A stretch of DNA of 32,000 nucleotides from Psychrobacter cryohalolentis K5 (lineage in GTDB: Bacteria > Pseudomonadota > Gammaproteobacteria > Pseudomonadales > Moraxellaceae). A program made the position numbers and the translations under genes. This document shows positions 18,203-27,248 of this stretch, in pieces. The notes under the pieces are model-generated. The model saw nothing but the letters and a program-made list of their open reading frames with translations. It was not told the origin of the DNA and searched no databases. The first letter of the stretch is position 1; every line of letters begins with the position of its first letter. Location of the stretch: positions 1,770,001-1,802,000 of the forward strand of contig NC_007969.1 of NCBI RefSeq assembly GCF_000013905.1, given 5' to 3'.

Positions 18203-19996
18203 ATGCAATACAAAGCACCCTTACGTGATATCCAATTCGTGATGCATGAGTTACTTGACAGCGAAAGCCATTATAAAACCTTACCAGCATTCCAAGAAGC
18301 AGATCGTGAGCTAATGGACAGTCTGTTTGAGATGGCCGCAAGCTTTGCTGAAAATGAGCTATCACCATTGAATCAAAGTGGTGACGCTGAAGGCTGCCAA
18401 TTTAACAATGGTCAAGTTACCACGCCAAAAGGCTTTAAAGAAGCATACAAAGCGTATTGTGAGCTTGGCTTCCCAGCCCTATCTGCTGAAGAAGACTTCG
18501 GCGGTCAAAACATGCCGTTTTCATTATCGACAGTCATTAATGAAATGGTTGGTACGGCTAACTGGTCATTCTCTATGTACCCTGGTTTATCTCATGGTGC
18601 CATTCAAACCATCGAGCATCACGGTACAGACGAGCAAAAACAAACCTACCTAGAAAAAATGGTCAGCGGCGAATGGTCAGGCACCATGTGCTTGACTGAA
18701 GCACATGCAGGTTCTGATTTGGGTATTATCCGAACCAAAGCCGAGCCTAAAGAAGATGGTAGCTATAGCATCACTGGTCAAAAAATCTTTATTTCAGCTG
18801 GTGAGCATGACTTAACGGATAATATCATTCACATTGTATTGGCTCGTCTACCAGGTGCGCCTGCTGGTACAAAAGGCATCTCACTGTTTATCGTTCCTAA
18901 GGTAACGGTCAACGAAGATGGCAGCCTAGGTGAAAACAATAACGTCGTTTGTGGCTCTATCGAACACAAAATGGGCATCAAAGCCTCAGCCACGTGCGTG
19001 ATGAATTTTGATGGCGCAACAGGTTATCTGATTGGCCCAGAAAACCGTGGTCTACAGTGCATGTTTACCTTTATGAACGTGGCGCGTATTGGTACCGCAG
19101 TGCAAGGTTTAACAGCAGCAGAATATGCATTCCAAGGCTCATTGACTTATGCCAAAGATCGTCTAGCGATGCGTTCATTATCTGGTGTTAAAGCCCCTGA
19201 AAAAGTCGCTGACCCTATCATTGTACATCCAGCGGTTCGTAACATGCTGTTGACTGAAAAAGCCTTTGCTGAAGGTGGCCGTGCTTTAGTCTATTACCTC
19301 TCACATTTTGCCGATACTGTCGCAAAAGGCGAAGGCGATGCGCTTAAATTTGCTGACCAAATGCTGTCATTATTGACGCCTATTGCTAAAGCGTTCTTGA
19401 CAGAAACTGGTCTAGAAGCAGCCAACCATGGCGTACAGGTTTATGGTGGTCACGGCTTTATCAGTGAATGGGGTATGGAGCAAAACGTCCGTGATACGCG
19501 TATTGCATGTCTTTACGAAGGTACTACTGAAATCCAAGCGCTTGATCTATTAGGTCGTAAAGTATTGGGCTCACAAGGCAAGCTGCTAGCAAACTTCGTC
19601 AAAATCATCCAGACATTCTGTGAAGAAAACAAAGAAAACGACGAGATGGGTCAATTCATTCGCCCACTTGCCAAACATCTTAAAGAATGGGGTGATTTGA
19701 CTGCACGCATCGGCATGCAAGCGACTGAAAACCCAGATGCGGTTGGCGGCGCGGCGGTCGATTATATGTATTTCAGCGGTTATGTGACGCTAGCCTATTT
19801 ATGGGCACGCATGGCATTAGTGGCACAAACTGAACTTGCTAACGGTAGTAGCGAACAAGCCTTCTACGACGCGAAAGTAAAAACCGCACAGTTCTACTTT
19901 GCCAAACTGTTGCCACGTACCACCACTCACGTACAGCGTATCAGCACTGGTGTTGAGCCGTATATGAGCATGGATGTTGATCAATTTGCGTTTTAA
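18203..19996 (+). CDS. Long (~600 aa) acyl-CoA dehydrogenase, FadE-type with N- and C-terminal extension domains
   Basis: 597-aa ORF with the N-terminal motif YKAPLRDIQFVMHELL. The ACAD core is present (GTMCLTEAHAGSDLG, GSIEHKMGIKASATCVMNFD, GGHGFISEWGMEQNVRDTRIACLYEGTTEIQ), followed by a long C-terminal helical domain. Confidence 0.92.
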   Translation: MQYKAPLRDIQFVMHELLDSESHYKTLPAFQEADRELMDSLFEMAASFAENELSPLNQSGDAEGCQFNNGQVTTPKGFKEAYKAYCELGFPALSAEEDFGGQNMPFSLSTVINEMVGTANWSFSMYPGLSHGAIQTIEHHGTDEQKQTYLEKMVSGEWSGTMCLTEAHAGSDLGIIRTKAEPKEDGSYSITGQKIFISAGEHDLTDNIIHIVLARLPGAPAGTKGISLFIVPKVTVNEDGSLGENNNVVCGSIEHKMGIKASATCVMNFDGATGYLIGPENRGLQCMFTFMNVARIGTAVQGLTAAEYAFQGSLTYAKDRLAMRSLSGVKAPEKVADPIIVHPAVRNMLLTEKAFAEGGRALVYYLSHFADTVAKGEGDALKFADQMLSLLTPIAKAFLTETGLEAANHGVQVYGGHGFISEWGMEQNVRDTRIACLYEGTTEIQALDLLGRKVLGSQGKLLANFVKIIQTFCEENKENDEMGQFIRPLAKHLKEWGDLTARIGMQATENPDAVGGAAVDYMYFSGYVTLAYLWARMALVAQTELANGSSEQAFYDAKVKTAQFYFAKLLPRTTTHVQRISTGVEPYMSMDVDQFAF

Positions 19997-20054
19997 TTAA
20001 CACCAAAAAATATTGATTGATCATTTTTTTGTAGCGCTAAATAATGTATTTTCT

Positions 20055-20090
20055 ATCGGCAACATACTAAGGTGTGTTGCCGATTTTATT
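20055..20090 (+). terminator. Rho-independent terminator between the two acyl-CoA dehydrogenase genes
   Basis: Hairpin atcggcaaca (20055-20064) paired with tgttgccgat (20075-20084), followed by ttttattt. Confidence 0.6.
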
Positions 20091-20288
20091 TACTATCACT
20101 TAACATCTGCCATAGTCATTTTTTAAATAAAATAATCCATACTTTTGGTGTACGCATAATTCACGAACAAATACACCCGTGCGCAAGCTAATTTGCTAAA
20201 CTTTAATAATGAATATTAATCCCAACTCAAAAGATCTCTTATAAATTTGTTCAACTCACTGTTATTTATTTGAACCAAAGGAATGTTT

Positions 20289-22073
20289 ATGGCTGTTTAT
20301 AATGCCCCTCTTAATGACATGCGCTTTATCTTAAATGATGTGTTTAACGCGCCTAAATTTTGGCAAAATAACGAGAATCTTGCTCATGTCGATATGGAAA
20401 CGGTCGATATGATTTTGGAAGAAATGGCAAAACTGACAAAAAACGTTTTGTTACCTATCAACCGTAGCGGTGATGAAGAAGGCGCAACCTTCCAAGGTGA
20501 TGGCGTCGTTACGACTCCAACTGGCTTTAAAGAAGCTTATAAGCAGTATGCTGAATCTGGCTGGGTTGGCTTAAGTGGTAATTCTGAATACGGTGGTCAA
20601 GGTTTCCCAAAAATGGTGACTATGCTGACTGAAGAGATGGTATTCACTGCCAACCAATCATTCGCTCTCTACCCTAACCTGACCGTTGGTGCAACATTGT
20701 GCCTAAACGCGGCTGCCTCTGAAGAGCAAAAGCAAACTTACTTAGAGAAAATGTACAACGGCGAATGGGCTGGCACCATGTGCTTGACAGAGCCACATGC
20801 TGGTACTGACTTGGGTATCATCAAAACCAAAGCTATTCCTAATGATGACGGTAGCTATGATATCTCTGGTACCAAAATCTTTATCACTGGCGGTGAGCAT
20901 GACCTAACTGACAATATCATTCATCTGGTACTGGCAAAAACACCGAATGCACCAGAAGGCTCAAAAGGTATTTCACTATTTGTCGTACCGAAATTCTTGG
21001 TCAATGAAGATGGCAGCTTAGGCGAGCGCAACACCTTAGCAGTCGGCTCTATCGAGCATAAAATGGGTATCAAAGCCTCTGCCACTTGTGTGATGAACTT
21101 TGATAGCGCCAAAGGCTGGATGGTTGGTGCAGAAAACACGGGTCTGTCATCAATGTTCATTATGATGAACTATGAGCGTGTCACCATGGGTCTACAAGGG
21201 CTTGGTGGTTCTGAGCTTGCTTATCAAAATGCGGCGTTATATGCCAATGACCGTGGTCAAGGTCGTAGCGATACCCAACTGCAAAGCCCAGAAAAACCAG
21301 CAGATGCCATCATTCATCATGCCGATGTACGCCGTATGCTATTGAATGCCAAAGCCAACACTGAAGCGTCACGCTGCTTTGCGATGTACGTTGCCAAAAA
21401 CCTTGATGAAGAGAAATTTAGTACCGATCCAGAGGCCGCTCAAGCTGCTGCCGCACGTGTTGCTCTATTGACGCCAGTGGCTAAAGCATTCTTGACTGAC
21501 AAAGCACTAGAAGCCACTATTGATTGCCAGCAAGTATTTGGCGGTCATGGCTATATACGTGAATGGGGTATGGAGCAAATCGTTCGTGATACGCGTATCG
21601 CCCAGATCTATGAAGGTACCAATGGTATTCAAGCGCTTGATTTACTAGGTCGTAAAGTGGCGAAAAATAACGGCAAATACGTTACCCATTTCTTAGGTGA
21701 AATTCGTGATTTTGTCAATAATATGCAAGCAGAGCACGGTATCAAGCAAGCGACGCTAGATGCTGCTGATACAATTGAAGCACTAACCACAACGGTGCTC
21801 AATAATATTGGTGAGCGTAAGAATGAAATTAACGGCTGTGCGGTTGATTATATGCATGCCTTTGGTTACCTAGCCTACTCGTATATGTTTGCGTTGATGG
21901 TTGAGGCGGCCAATGGCAAAGAAGGTGAGTTTTACACCAATAAAGCCAAGCTTGCTGATTATTTCGTTGGTCGTATCTTGCCACGTATCGATGCCCATGC
22001 TCAGATGGTTGAAGCTGGTAGTGATCCGATGATGAACTTTGACCTGAATTACTTTGACGTACCTGCTAGCTAA
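20289..22073 (+). CDS. Long acyl-CoA dehydrogenase, paralogue of the upstream gene
   Basis: The ATG at 20289 is preferred, because AAGGA at 20278-20282 directly abuts the ATG at 20283. MAVYNAPLNDMRF also aligns with MQYKAPLRDIQF of the paralogue. The same motif set is present (GTMCLTEPHAGTDLG, GSIEHKMGIKASATCVMNFD, GGHGYIREWGMEQIVRDTRIAQIYEGTNGIQ). Confidence 0.92.
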   Translation: MAVYNAPLNDMRFILNDVFNAPKFWQNNENLAHVDMETVDMILEEMAKLTKNVLLPINRSGDEEGATFQGDGVVTTPTGFKEAYKQYAESGWVGLSGNSEYGGQGFPKMVTMLTEEMVFTANQSFALYPNLTVGATLCLNAAASEEQKQTYLEKMYNGEWAGTMCLTEPHAGTDLGIIKTKAIPNDDGSYDISGTKIFITGGEHDLTDNIIHLVLAKTPNAPEGSKGISLFVVPKFLVNEDGSLGERNTLAVGSIEHKMGIKASATCVMNFDSAKGWMVGAENTGLSSMFIMMNYERVTMGLQGLGGSELAYQNAALYANDRGQGRSDTQLQSPEKPADAIIHHADVRRMLLNAKANTEASRCFAMYVAKNLDEEKFSTDPEAAQAAAARVALLTPVAKAFLTDKALEATIDCQQVFGGHGYIREWGMEQIVRDTRIAQIYEGTNGIQALDLLGRKVAKNNGKYVTHFLGEIRDFVNNMQAEHGIKQATLDAADTIEALTTTVLNNIGERKNEINGCAVDYMHAFGYLAYSYMFALMVEAANGKEGEFYTNKAKLADYFVGRILPRIDAHAQMVEAGSDPMMNFDLNYFDVPAS

Positions 22074-22118
22074 TTGGTTACTTTTATAATAAAGTAAGCC
22101 CTGCCGCACTATGATTAA

Positions 22119-22148
22119 GGGGACAGTCACGCTACTGTCCCTTTTTTT
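22119..22148 (+). terminator. Rho-independent terminator
   Basis: Hairpin ggggacagt-cacgct-actgtccc followed by ttttttt (22142-22148). Confidence 0.75.
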
Positions 22149-22440
22149 GCCAAAAATATCTTCATAAAATTGACACAATAGTCATCAAAATACCTGCTAA
22201 CAAAATAGTTGACTATTGATGAGCCGTTACGATTAAAATAACGCAAAACCAGATGCCTTAAACTTAATAAAAATATACTAAAACTTATAAATGAGGGCGC
22301 AGTAAATTAACAAGCGGTAAATTAATAAAGATATGTACCGCCACAGTGATAATTACAGCCAGTCACTAAAAGAAGAATATGTCTTATTTCACATACTACA
22401 TAATAACGATGATTGAAATAACTACCATAAGGGATACGAT

Positions 22441-24921
22441 GTGTCAGAGATAAAACACATTTTACAACAGATTACTGCCTTAAGTGATGTACCAGATCCC
22501 GCGGTACTTAAGCGCTTAATCGATGAGCTACGAGTAAGTGATAAAGAGCCTACTTTAGCCAATCAGAATATTCAAAATCTTATTGAGGTTTTACGTCAGC
22601 ATCCAGAATATGGCGATGGGCTGTCGAGTTTCGTCCTAAAACTTATTATCGAATACCGCCAGATCGCTCTTTATACCGATACTGGCATTATGTCAGATCA
22701 GGGTTTCTTTTACAGTTTGCGCCGTTTGATTGGTCATCGTTTTTTGCCACTACTGCCACAAGAAGATTCTGTCGTAGAATTGGTCGGTTATTTATTTGAT
22801 AAACGCTCTGATGAGCGCTGGCTTGCCCATATCGAAAAAGAAAAATGGGATGAGCTGGTCGGGCTACTCAAAGTCCATGAGCAGCATCTAAACTTAGTTG
22901 CGACGGCAAAAAACAGTATTTTGAACGCGATTATCATTTTATCGTATCGTATCAGCGGTATTGGCTTGCATCCAGATTTGATGGAATCTTACCCGCAAAT
23001 GCTGAATTATTCAGCGTCGTTTGTGGCACAAAATCAAGAAGCAGTCTTGTACGTCAATCAGTACCGAGAAGCACATGAGCTCGACACCTTAACTGATATC
23101 ATTCCCGAAAAAGCTGTGGATCCAGCGCCTCTATTGGTCATGATTGAGCAATGCGAAGACATCGTTGCCACCATACGCAAGCGCATTTACAAAACCGGTA
23201 TCTCTATTCGCCTAACCAACATGATGCTACGCTTAGATCAAAGCTTACAGCGCATGCGTATATTGACTGAGCTGGTAGCAAACAACTACGATAAGCGCGA
23301 TCGGGCAATAATTGAGTTGATTCAAGCGCTGATTACGACTGCCAGTCATCGTTATAGTATTGGCTATTTGATTGACAATAATACTAAGCTGCTATCGCGA
23401 AAAGTCACTGAAAACGCCAGCCGCGTTGGCGAACACTATATTAGTACTGATAAATCCGGTTATCAGAAGATGTTTAAAAAAGCCTCTATCGGTGGCTTTA
23501 TCATTGCTTTTATGGCGACGACTAAGATATTGGCATATCACTTAGCTCTCGCACCAATGGGTCGCGCCTTTGTCAATAGTATGATTTATGGTTTGGGCTT
23601 TGTTTTCATCCACATCGTCCATGGTACAGTCGCTACCAAACAGCCTGCCATGACAGCGGCAGCTATCGCCTCAACCATATCAGACAGCTCGGGTAAAAAG
23701 TCCCATCAGTTAAATAAGCTGTCTGAATTGGTGGTCGATATTTTACGCACCCAGTTCATTGCCATCATGGGTAATATTATGATGGCTATACCAGTCGCCT
23801 TGATCATCTCTTTTGCTTGGTTGCAATATACTGGCGCGCCGATGATTGATACCGATAAGGCGGCTCACCTACTTCATGATCTCGACCCTTTTCGCTCACT
23901 AGCTTTGCCACATGCTGCCATTGCTGGGGTATATTTATTCTTATCGGGTCTGATTGCTGGCTATTATGATAATTTGGCGGTCTACAACCAGATAGGCGCC
24001 CGTATTCAGCGTCATAAGCTATTACAGTATTTATTGCCCAAAGCATGGCTACAACGTTTAGGCGGCTTTATAGAAGCCAATCTTGGTGCCATCATGGGCA
24101 ACTTTATCTTTGGGGTTTTCCTAGGAAGTACTGCAACGATTGGTTTCTTATTTGGCTTACCAATTGATATTCGCCATATTGCCTTTGCTTCAGCGAACTT
24201 GGCTCATGGCTTATTTAATATGTCGTCCAATCAGCTAGAGTGGCAAGTGGTGCTGCTTTCTGTCTTTGGCGTCTTACTTATCGGTATGGTCAACTTGATC
24301 GTCAGTTTCTCACTGGCACTTCTTGTCGCTTTACGCTCAAAAGAGGTGAAATTCGTTGATTGGAGTCGCTTAACTAAGCAACTCTTCAGCCACTTAATGA
24401 CGCATCCTTCTGACTTTTTCTGGCCACGCGACAAACCGATGAAGTATGCACGTATTGATAGCCAAGGTCAGATGATTTTCGATGATACCGCATCACAAAA
24501 TAGCAATCAGCCACTTCCTAAAAACTATGTGGTAAGGCGCTTATCTGATGTCAAAGTGCTCCCAAAAGCCTTGCAGAAGAAAATAGAAGGACAGCAGGCG
24601 GTCACTGATATACATTATACTAATCCATCAGCAGAGCATCAGCTGAGTCCTGAACTAAACAACCGCGAAGCTCATATTACCGTCAATAAACCAGCCATAC
24701 ATAAAACCATTGAGCTTGATGATGGTCTGACAGAGGAAGCACTTAGCAGCGTCCCTTATAGTCAGGATATTCAATATGGTAAAACGCATGCTGCTTTTGA
24801 TGAGAATAATCAGACGGTATCTGATGCGATTAGTCAAGACAGCACTGCTGATAACAAAGTTGCAGGCGACGCCAAAACGCCACTACCTAAACCAAAAAAG
24901 CCACCAAATCTACCCAGTTAA
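22441..24921 (+). CDS. Large polytopic membrane protein, resembling the family annotated 'site-specific recombinase' (Gcr-like, PF10136 by recollection)
   Basis: 826-aa ORF with a GTG start and AAGGG 7 nt upstream. It has an N-terminal soluble helical region of about 340 aa. At least six hydrophobic helices follow, for example IGGFIIAFMATTKILAYHLAL, FIAIMGNIMMAIPVALIISFAW and VVLLSVFGVLLIGMVNLIVSFSLALLVAL. The last ~170 aa form a low-complexity tail ending PLPKPKKPPNLPS. The family assignment is from memory of the architecture and N-terminal pattern, not from a search. Confidence 0.55.
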   Translation: MSEIKHILQQITALSDVPDPAVLKRLIDELRVSDKEPTLANQNIQNLIEVLRQHPEYGDGLSSFVLKLIIEYRQIALYTDTGIMSDQGFFYSLRRLIGHRFLPLLPQEDSVVELVGYLFDKRSDERWLAHIEKEKWDELVGLLKVHEQHLNLVATAKNSILNAIIILSYRISGIGLHPDLMESYPQMLNYSASFVAQNQEAVLYVNQYREAHELDTLTDIIPEKAVDPAPLLVMIEQCEDIVATIRKRIYKTGISIRLTNMMLRLDQSLQRMRILTELVANNYDKRDRAIIELIQALITTASHRYSIGYLIDNNTKLLSRKVTENASRVGEHYISTDKSGYQKMFKKASIGGFIIAFMATTKILAYHLALAPMGRAFVNSMIYGLGFVFIHIVHGTVATKQPAMTAAAIASTISDSSGKKSHQLNKLSELVVDILRTQFIAIMGNIMMAIPVALIISFAWLQYTGAPMIDTDKAAHLLHDLDPFRSLALPHAAIAGVYLFLSGLIAGYYDNLAVYNQIGARIQRHKLLQYLLPKAWLQRLGGFIEANLGAIMGNFIFGVFLGSTATIGFLFGLPIDIRHIAFASANLAHGLFNMSSNQLEWQVVLLSVFGVLLIGMVNLIVSFSLALLVALRSKEVKFVDWSRLTKQLFSHLMTHPSDFFWPRDKPMKYARIDSQGQMIFDDTASQNSNQPLPKNYVVRRLSDVKVLPKALQKKIEGQQAVTDIHYTNPSAEHQLSPELNNREAHITVNKPAIHKTIELDDGLTEEALSSVPYSQDIQYGKTHAAFDENNQTVSDAISQDSTADNKVAGDAKTPLPKPKKPPNLPS

Positions 24922-24966
24922 TGGGTTAATTTGATGGCTTGATTGGTTTTTGGAATCACTAAAAAA

Positions 24967-25809
24967 TTAAGAAGATATCGGCAAGCACTGCGCACTTGAC
25001 GTGATGGTCTTGCCATCACTTAAGCGATAGGCTAGCAAATGATTACCCCAAACACAGCCACCATCTAGTGCACGAGCATAAGGCAGATCAACTTCACCTT
25101 TGAGCGCGGCCCAATGCCCAAATAACACCTTACGAGTGCGCGGCACTTGCCATTCAAACCAAGGTAAAAAATCCTCTGGCATGCGCTCATCTAGCCCTGA
25201 TGTAAAGCTAAATTCAAGCAGCCCATCCTGCTGACATAAGCGCATGCGAGTAAAATAATTGGCAATCGCTCGCATTTTCGTAAATCCATGAATGTCTGCA
25301 TGCCAATTATCTGCCGTCTTGCTATAGAGATTTGGCAACAATCTATCAAGCTGTTTTAAATGACTTCGCAACTGCGACTCTAACTGATGTGCATACTTTT
25401 CGGCGTCTTCAATACTCCAATGCGGCGGAATACCAGCATGCACCAGCACCGTATGCTTATCAGGATAAACCAATAATGGCTGATGACGTAGCCACTCTAG
25501 CAACTCATCACAATCATCAGCTGCAAAAATCGGTGCTGTCTTATCTTTTTTCTTAATTTTCGTCGCCCCACGCCATACGGCTAGCAAATTGATATCATGA
25601 TTGCCAAGTACAGTCGCGGCTGCCCCTTGCTCACACAAATCTTTGACATGACGCAAGGTATTTAAAGAGTCCTCGCCACGTGCCACTAAGTCGCCTGCAA
25701 ACCATAATTTATCTTGTTCTGGATCAAAATCCAATGTTTTAAGTAGCTGAAGATACGCAGCATAGCAGCCTTGCAAATCACCGATAACATACTGATGACG
25801 ATAACTCAT
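24967..25809 (-). CDS. apaH: Bis(5'-nucleosyl)-tetraphosphatase, symmetrical (Ap4A hydrolase)
   Basis: 280-aa ORF with metallophosphatase motifs typical of ApaH: YVIGDLQGC, FAGDLVARG, GNHD and VHAG. Confidence 0.93.
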   Translation of the reverse strand: MSYRHQYVIGDLQGCYAAYLQLLKTLDFDPEQDKLWFAGDLVARGEDSLNTLRHVKDLCEQGAAATVLGNHDINLLAVWRGATKIKKKDKTAPIFAADDCDELLEWLRHQPLLVYPDKHTVLVHAGIPPHWSIEDAEKYAHQLESQLRSHLKQLDRLLPNLYSKTADNWHADIHGFTKMRAIANYFTRMRLCQQDGLLEFSFTSGLDERMPEDFLPWFEWQVPRTRKVLFGHWAALKGEVDLPYARALDGGCVWGNHLLAYRLSDGKTITSSAQCLPISS

Positions 25810-25889
25810 AAGCTCTCAATCTTTCTTGTGAATATTGTAGATACTACTTAGCAATGAATGATATCTACGGTATGAATAGCACTGATAAA

Positions 25890-26753
25890 TCAGCCTTCTA
25901 CTTTACGCGCTTGATTGCTCAAATTGACAAAATCTTTCACGCTTAAGGTTTCAGGACGGGCTTGTGGATCAATGGCGCAAGCTGCAAAATCGTCTTCGCT
26001 CAACGTTGGCAATAACGTTGATTTTTTGAATATAGCGCGCAACGTTTTACGGCGATGATTAAAGGTTTCGCGCACTACCAATGCAAAATACTCTTCATCT
26101 TCTGCCACGACTGGCTTAATAATGTGCGGCGTCAGACGAAATACGGCACTGGTCACTTTTGGCGGCGGATTAAAAGCACCACGTGGTACGGTGAGCAAAT
26201 AATCCGTATGGCAGTGGTACTGCATAATGACCGATAGGCGACCATAGGTTTTGCTACCGACGTCAGCGGTGATACGTTCAACCACTTCTTTTTGCAGCAT
26301 AAAGTGCATGTCTTCAATCACATCGGCATAGCTGAGTAAGTGAAAGAGTATGGGCGTTGAGATGTTATACGGTAGATTACCCACCACGCGTAATTTGCCG
26401 CGCTCATCGCTATAAAGCTCCCGATAATCCACATGCATGGCATTGTTTTTGATAATCTCAAAATTTGGATGACTATTAGCCCCGATACGGATACGCAAGC
26501 TATCTGCCAAATCACGATCCAACTCGACTACAGTCATCGCATCTACTTCTGCCAATAACGGCTCAGTCAGTGCGCCCATCCCTGGCCCAATCTCAATCAA
26601 ATTGTCATCACGCTCTAAGCGAATGCTCTCAACAATCTCACGGATAACACTACGGTCATGTAAGAAGTTTTGACCAAAGCGTTTACGCGGTTGGTGTTTG
26701 GCAGCACGTAGGCTGTTGGTAATAGATTGAGCATCAAATGTAGTTTTTGACAT
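25890..26753 (-). CDS. rsmA: 16S rRNA (adenine1518-N6/adenine1519-N6)-dimethyltransferase
   Basis: 287-aa ORF with the KsgA signatures [11 protein letters not shown], the SAM site [11 protein letters not shown] and [13 protein letters not shown]. Confidence 0.95.
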   Translation of the reverse strand: MSKTTFDAQSITNSLRAAKHQPRKRFGQNFLHDRSVIREIVESIRLERDDNLIEIGPGMGALTEPLLAEVDAMTVVELDRDLADSLRIRIGANSHPNFEIIKNNAMHVDYRELYSDERGKLRVVGNLPYNISTPILFHLLSYADVIEDMHFMLQKEVVERITADVGSKTYGRLSVIMQYHCHTDYLLTVPRGAFNPPPKVTSAVFRLTPHIIKPVVAEDEEYFALVVRETFNHRRKTLRAIFKKSTLLPTLSEDDFAACAIDPQARPETLSVKDFVNLSNQARKVEG

Positions 26754-26950
26754 AGAATAGTCTTAATGAGTAAGAGGTAAAAGTGAGCAATGACGATAAA
26801 ATGAGTGTTTTATTGGGATGAATTATATCACAGCTTATTATTTGACTGTGTTTTTGAGATATTTGATCCGTAAACTACCCATACCTTGGCGCAACCGACA
26901 CAGTAGCTTTTTTGTTCTAAACCATTTGCTATAATATTGGTTATATATAC

Positions 26951-27031
26951 GGTACCCTAGTGAGGACTTGAACACTAGGCTGTAGGCTACTAGTATCAAT
27001 GTTTTAACTCGCTGAAATACTCACAGGGTAC
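26951..27031. other. Structured element with tRNA-like acceptor/T-arm features; function and strand unknown
   Basis: A 12-bp helix with one bulge pairs 26952-26964 with 27020-27031. It competes with a local 7-bp hairpin, cctagtg (26956-26962) paired with cactagg (26973-26979). On the minus strand the element reads GTACCCT...CTAGTGTTCAAGTCCTCACTAGGGTACC, which has an acceptor-like stem and a GTTCAAGTCC T-loop-like motif. No D arm or anticodon arm can be drawn. Confidence 0.3.
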
Positions 27032-27248
27032 TTCATGATGTACTTACCATACATATTCTATTAGTGATCGGTGCGCTATACAGGCATCGAATGTATTTCA
27101 ACAACGCGTCTTATGATAAAGAGAGTATAGAGTTATTTGTAATTAGTAAAAAACATAGCCCCTCAAGAAAGGCTTTTTTTGCTAGTAGACTAAGTTTTTT
27201 AGCAAATGGTATGATTAACGAATAAACCACAGTTAGTGACGCGACTCT

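Noticed and set aside
26951-27031. A tRNA gene on the minus strand (acceptor-like stem plus GTTCAAGTCC)
   Set aside because: No D arm or anticodon arm can be drawn. The T-loop would be 10 nt, position 8 is G, and there is no CCA or proper discriminator context. At best it is a tRNA-like remnant or mimic, so it is reported only as a structured element.
27130-27205. Terminator-like T-runs (agcc...ggcttttttt at about 27158-27180, and gcta...ttttttagc at about 27181-27203) ahead of the SLR gene
   Set aside because: The stems are only about 4 bp, too weak to call as terminators by eye. They might still end a short transcript from the 26927 promoter, but the sequence alone does not support that.
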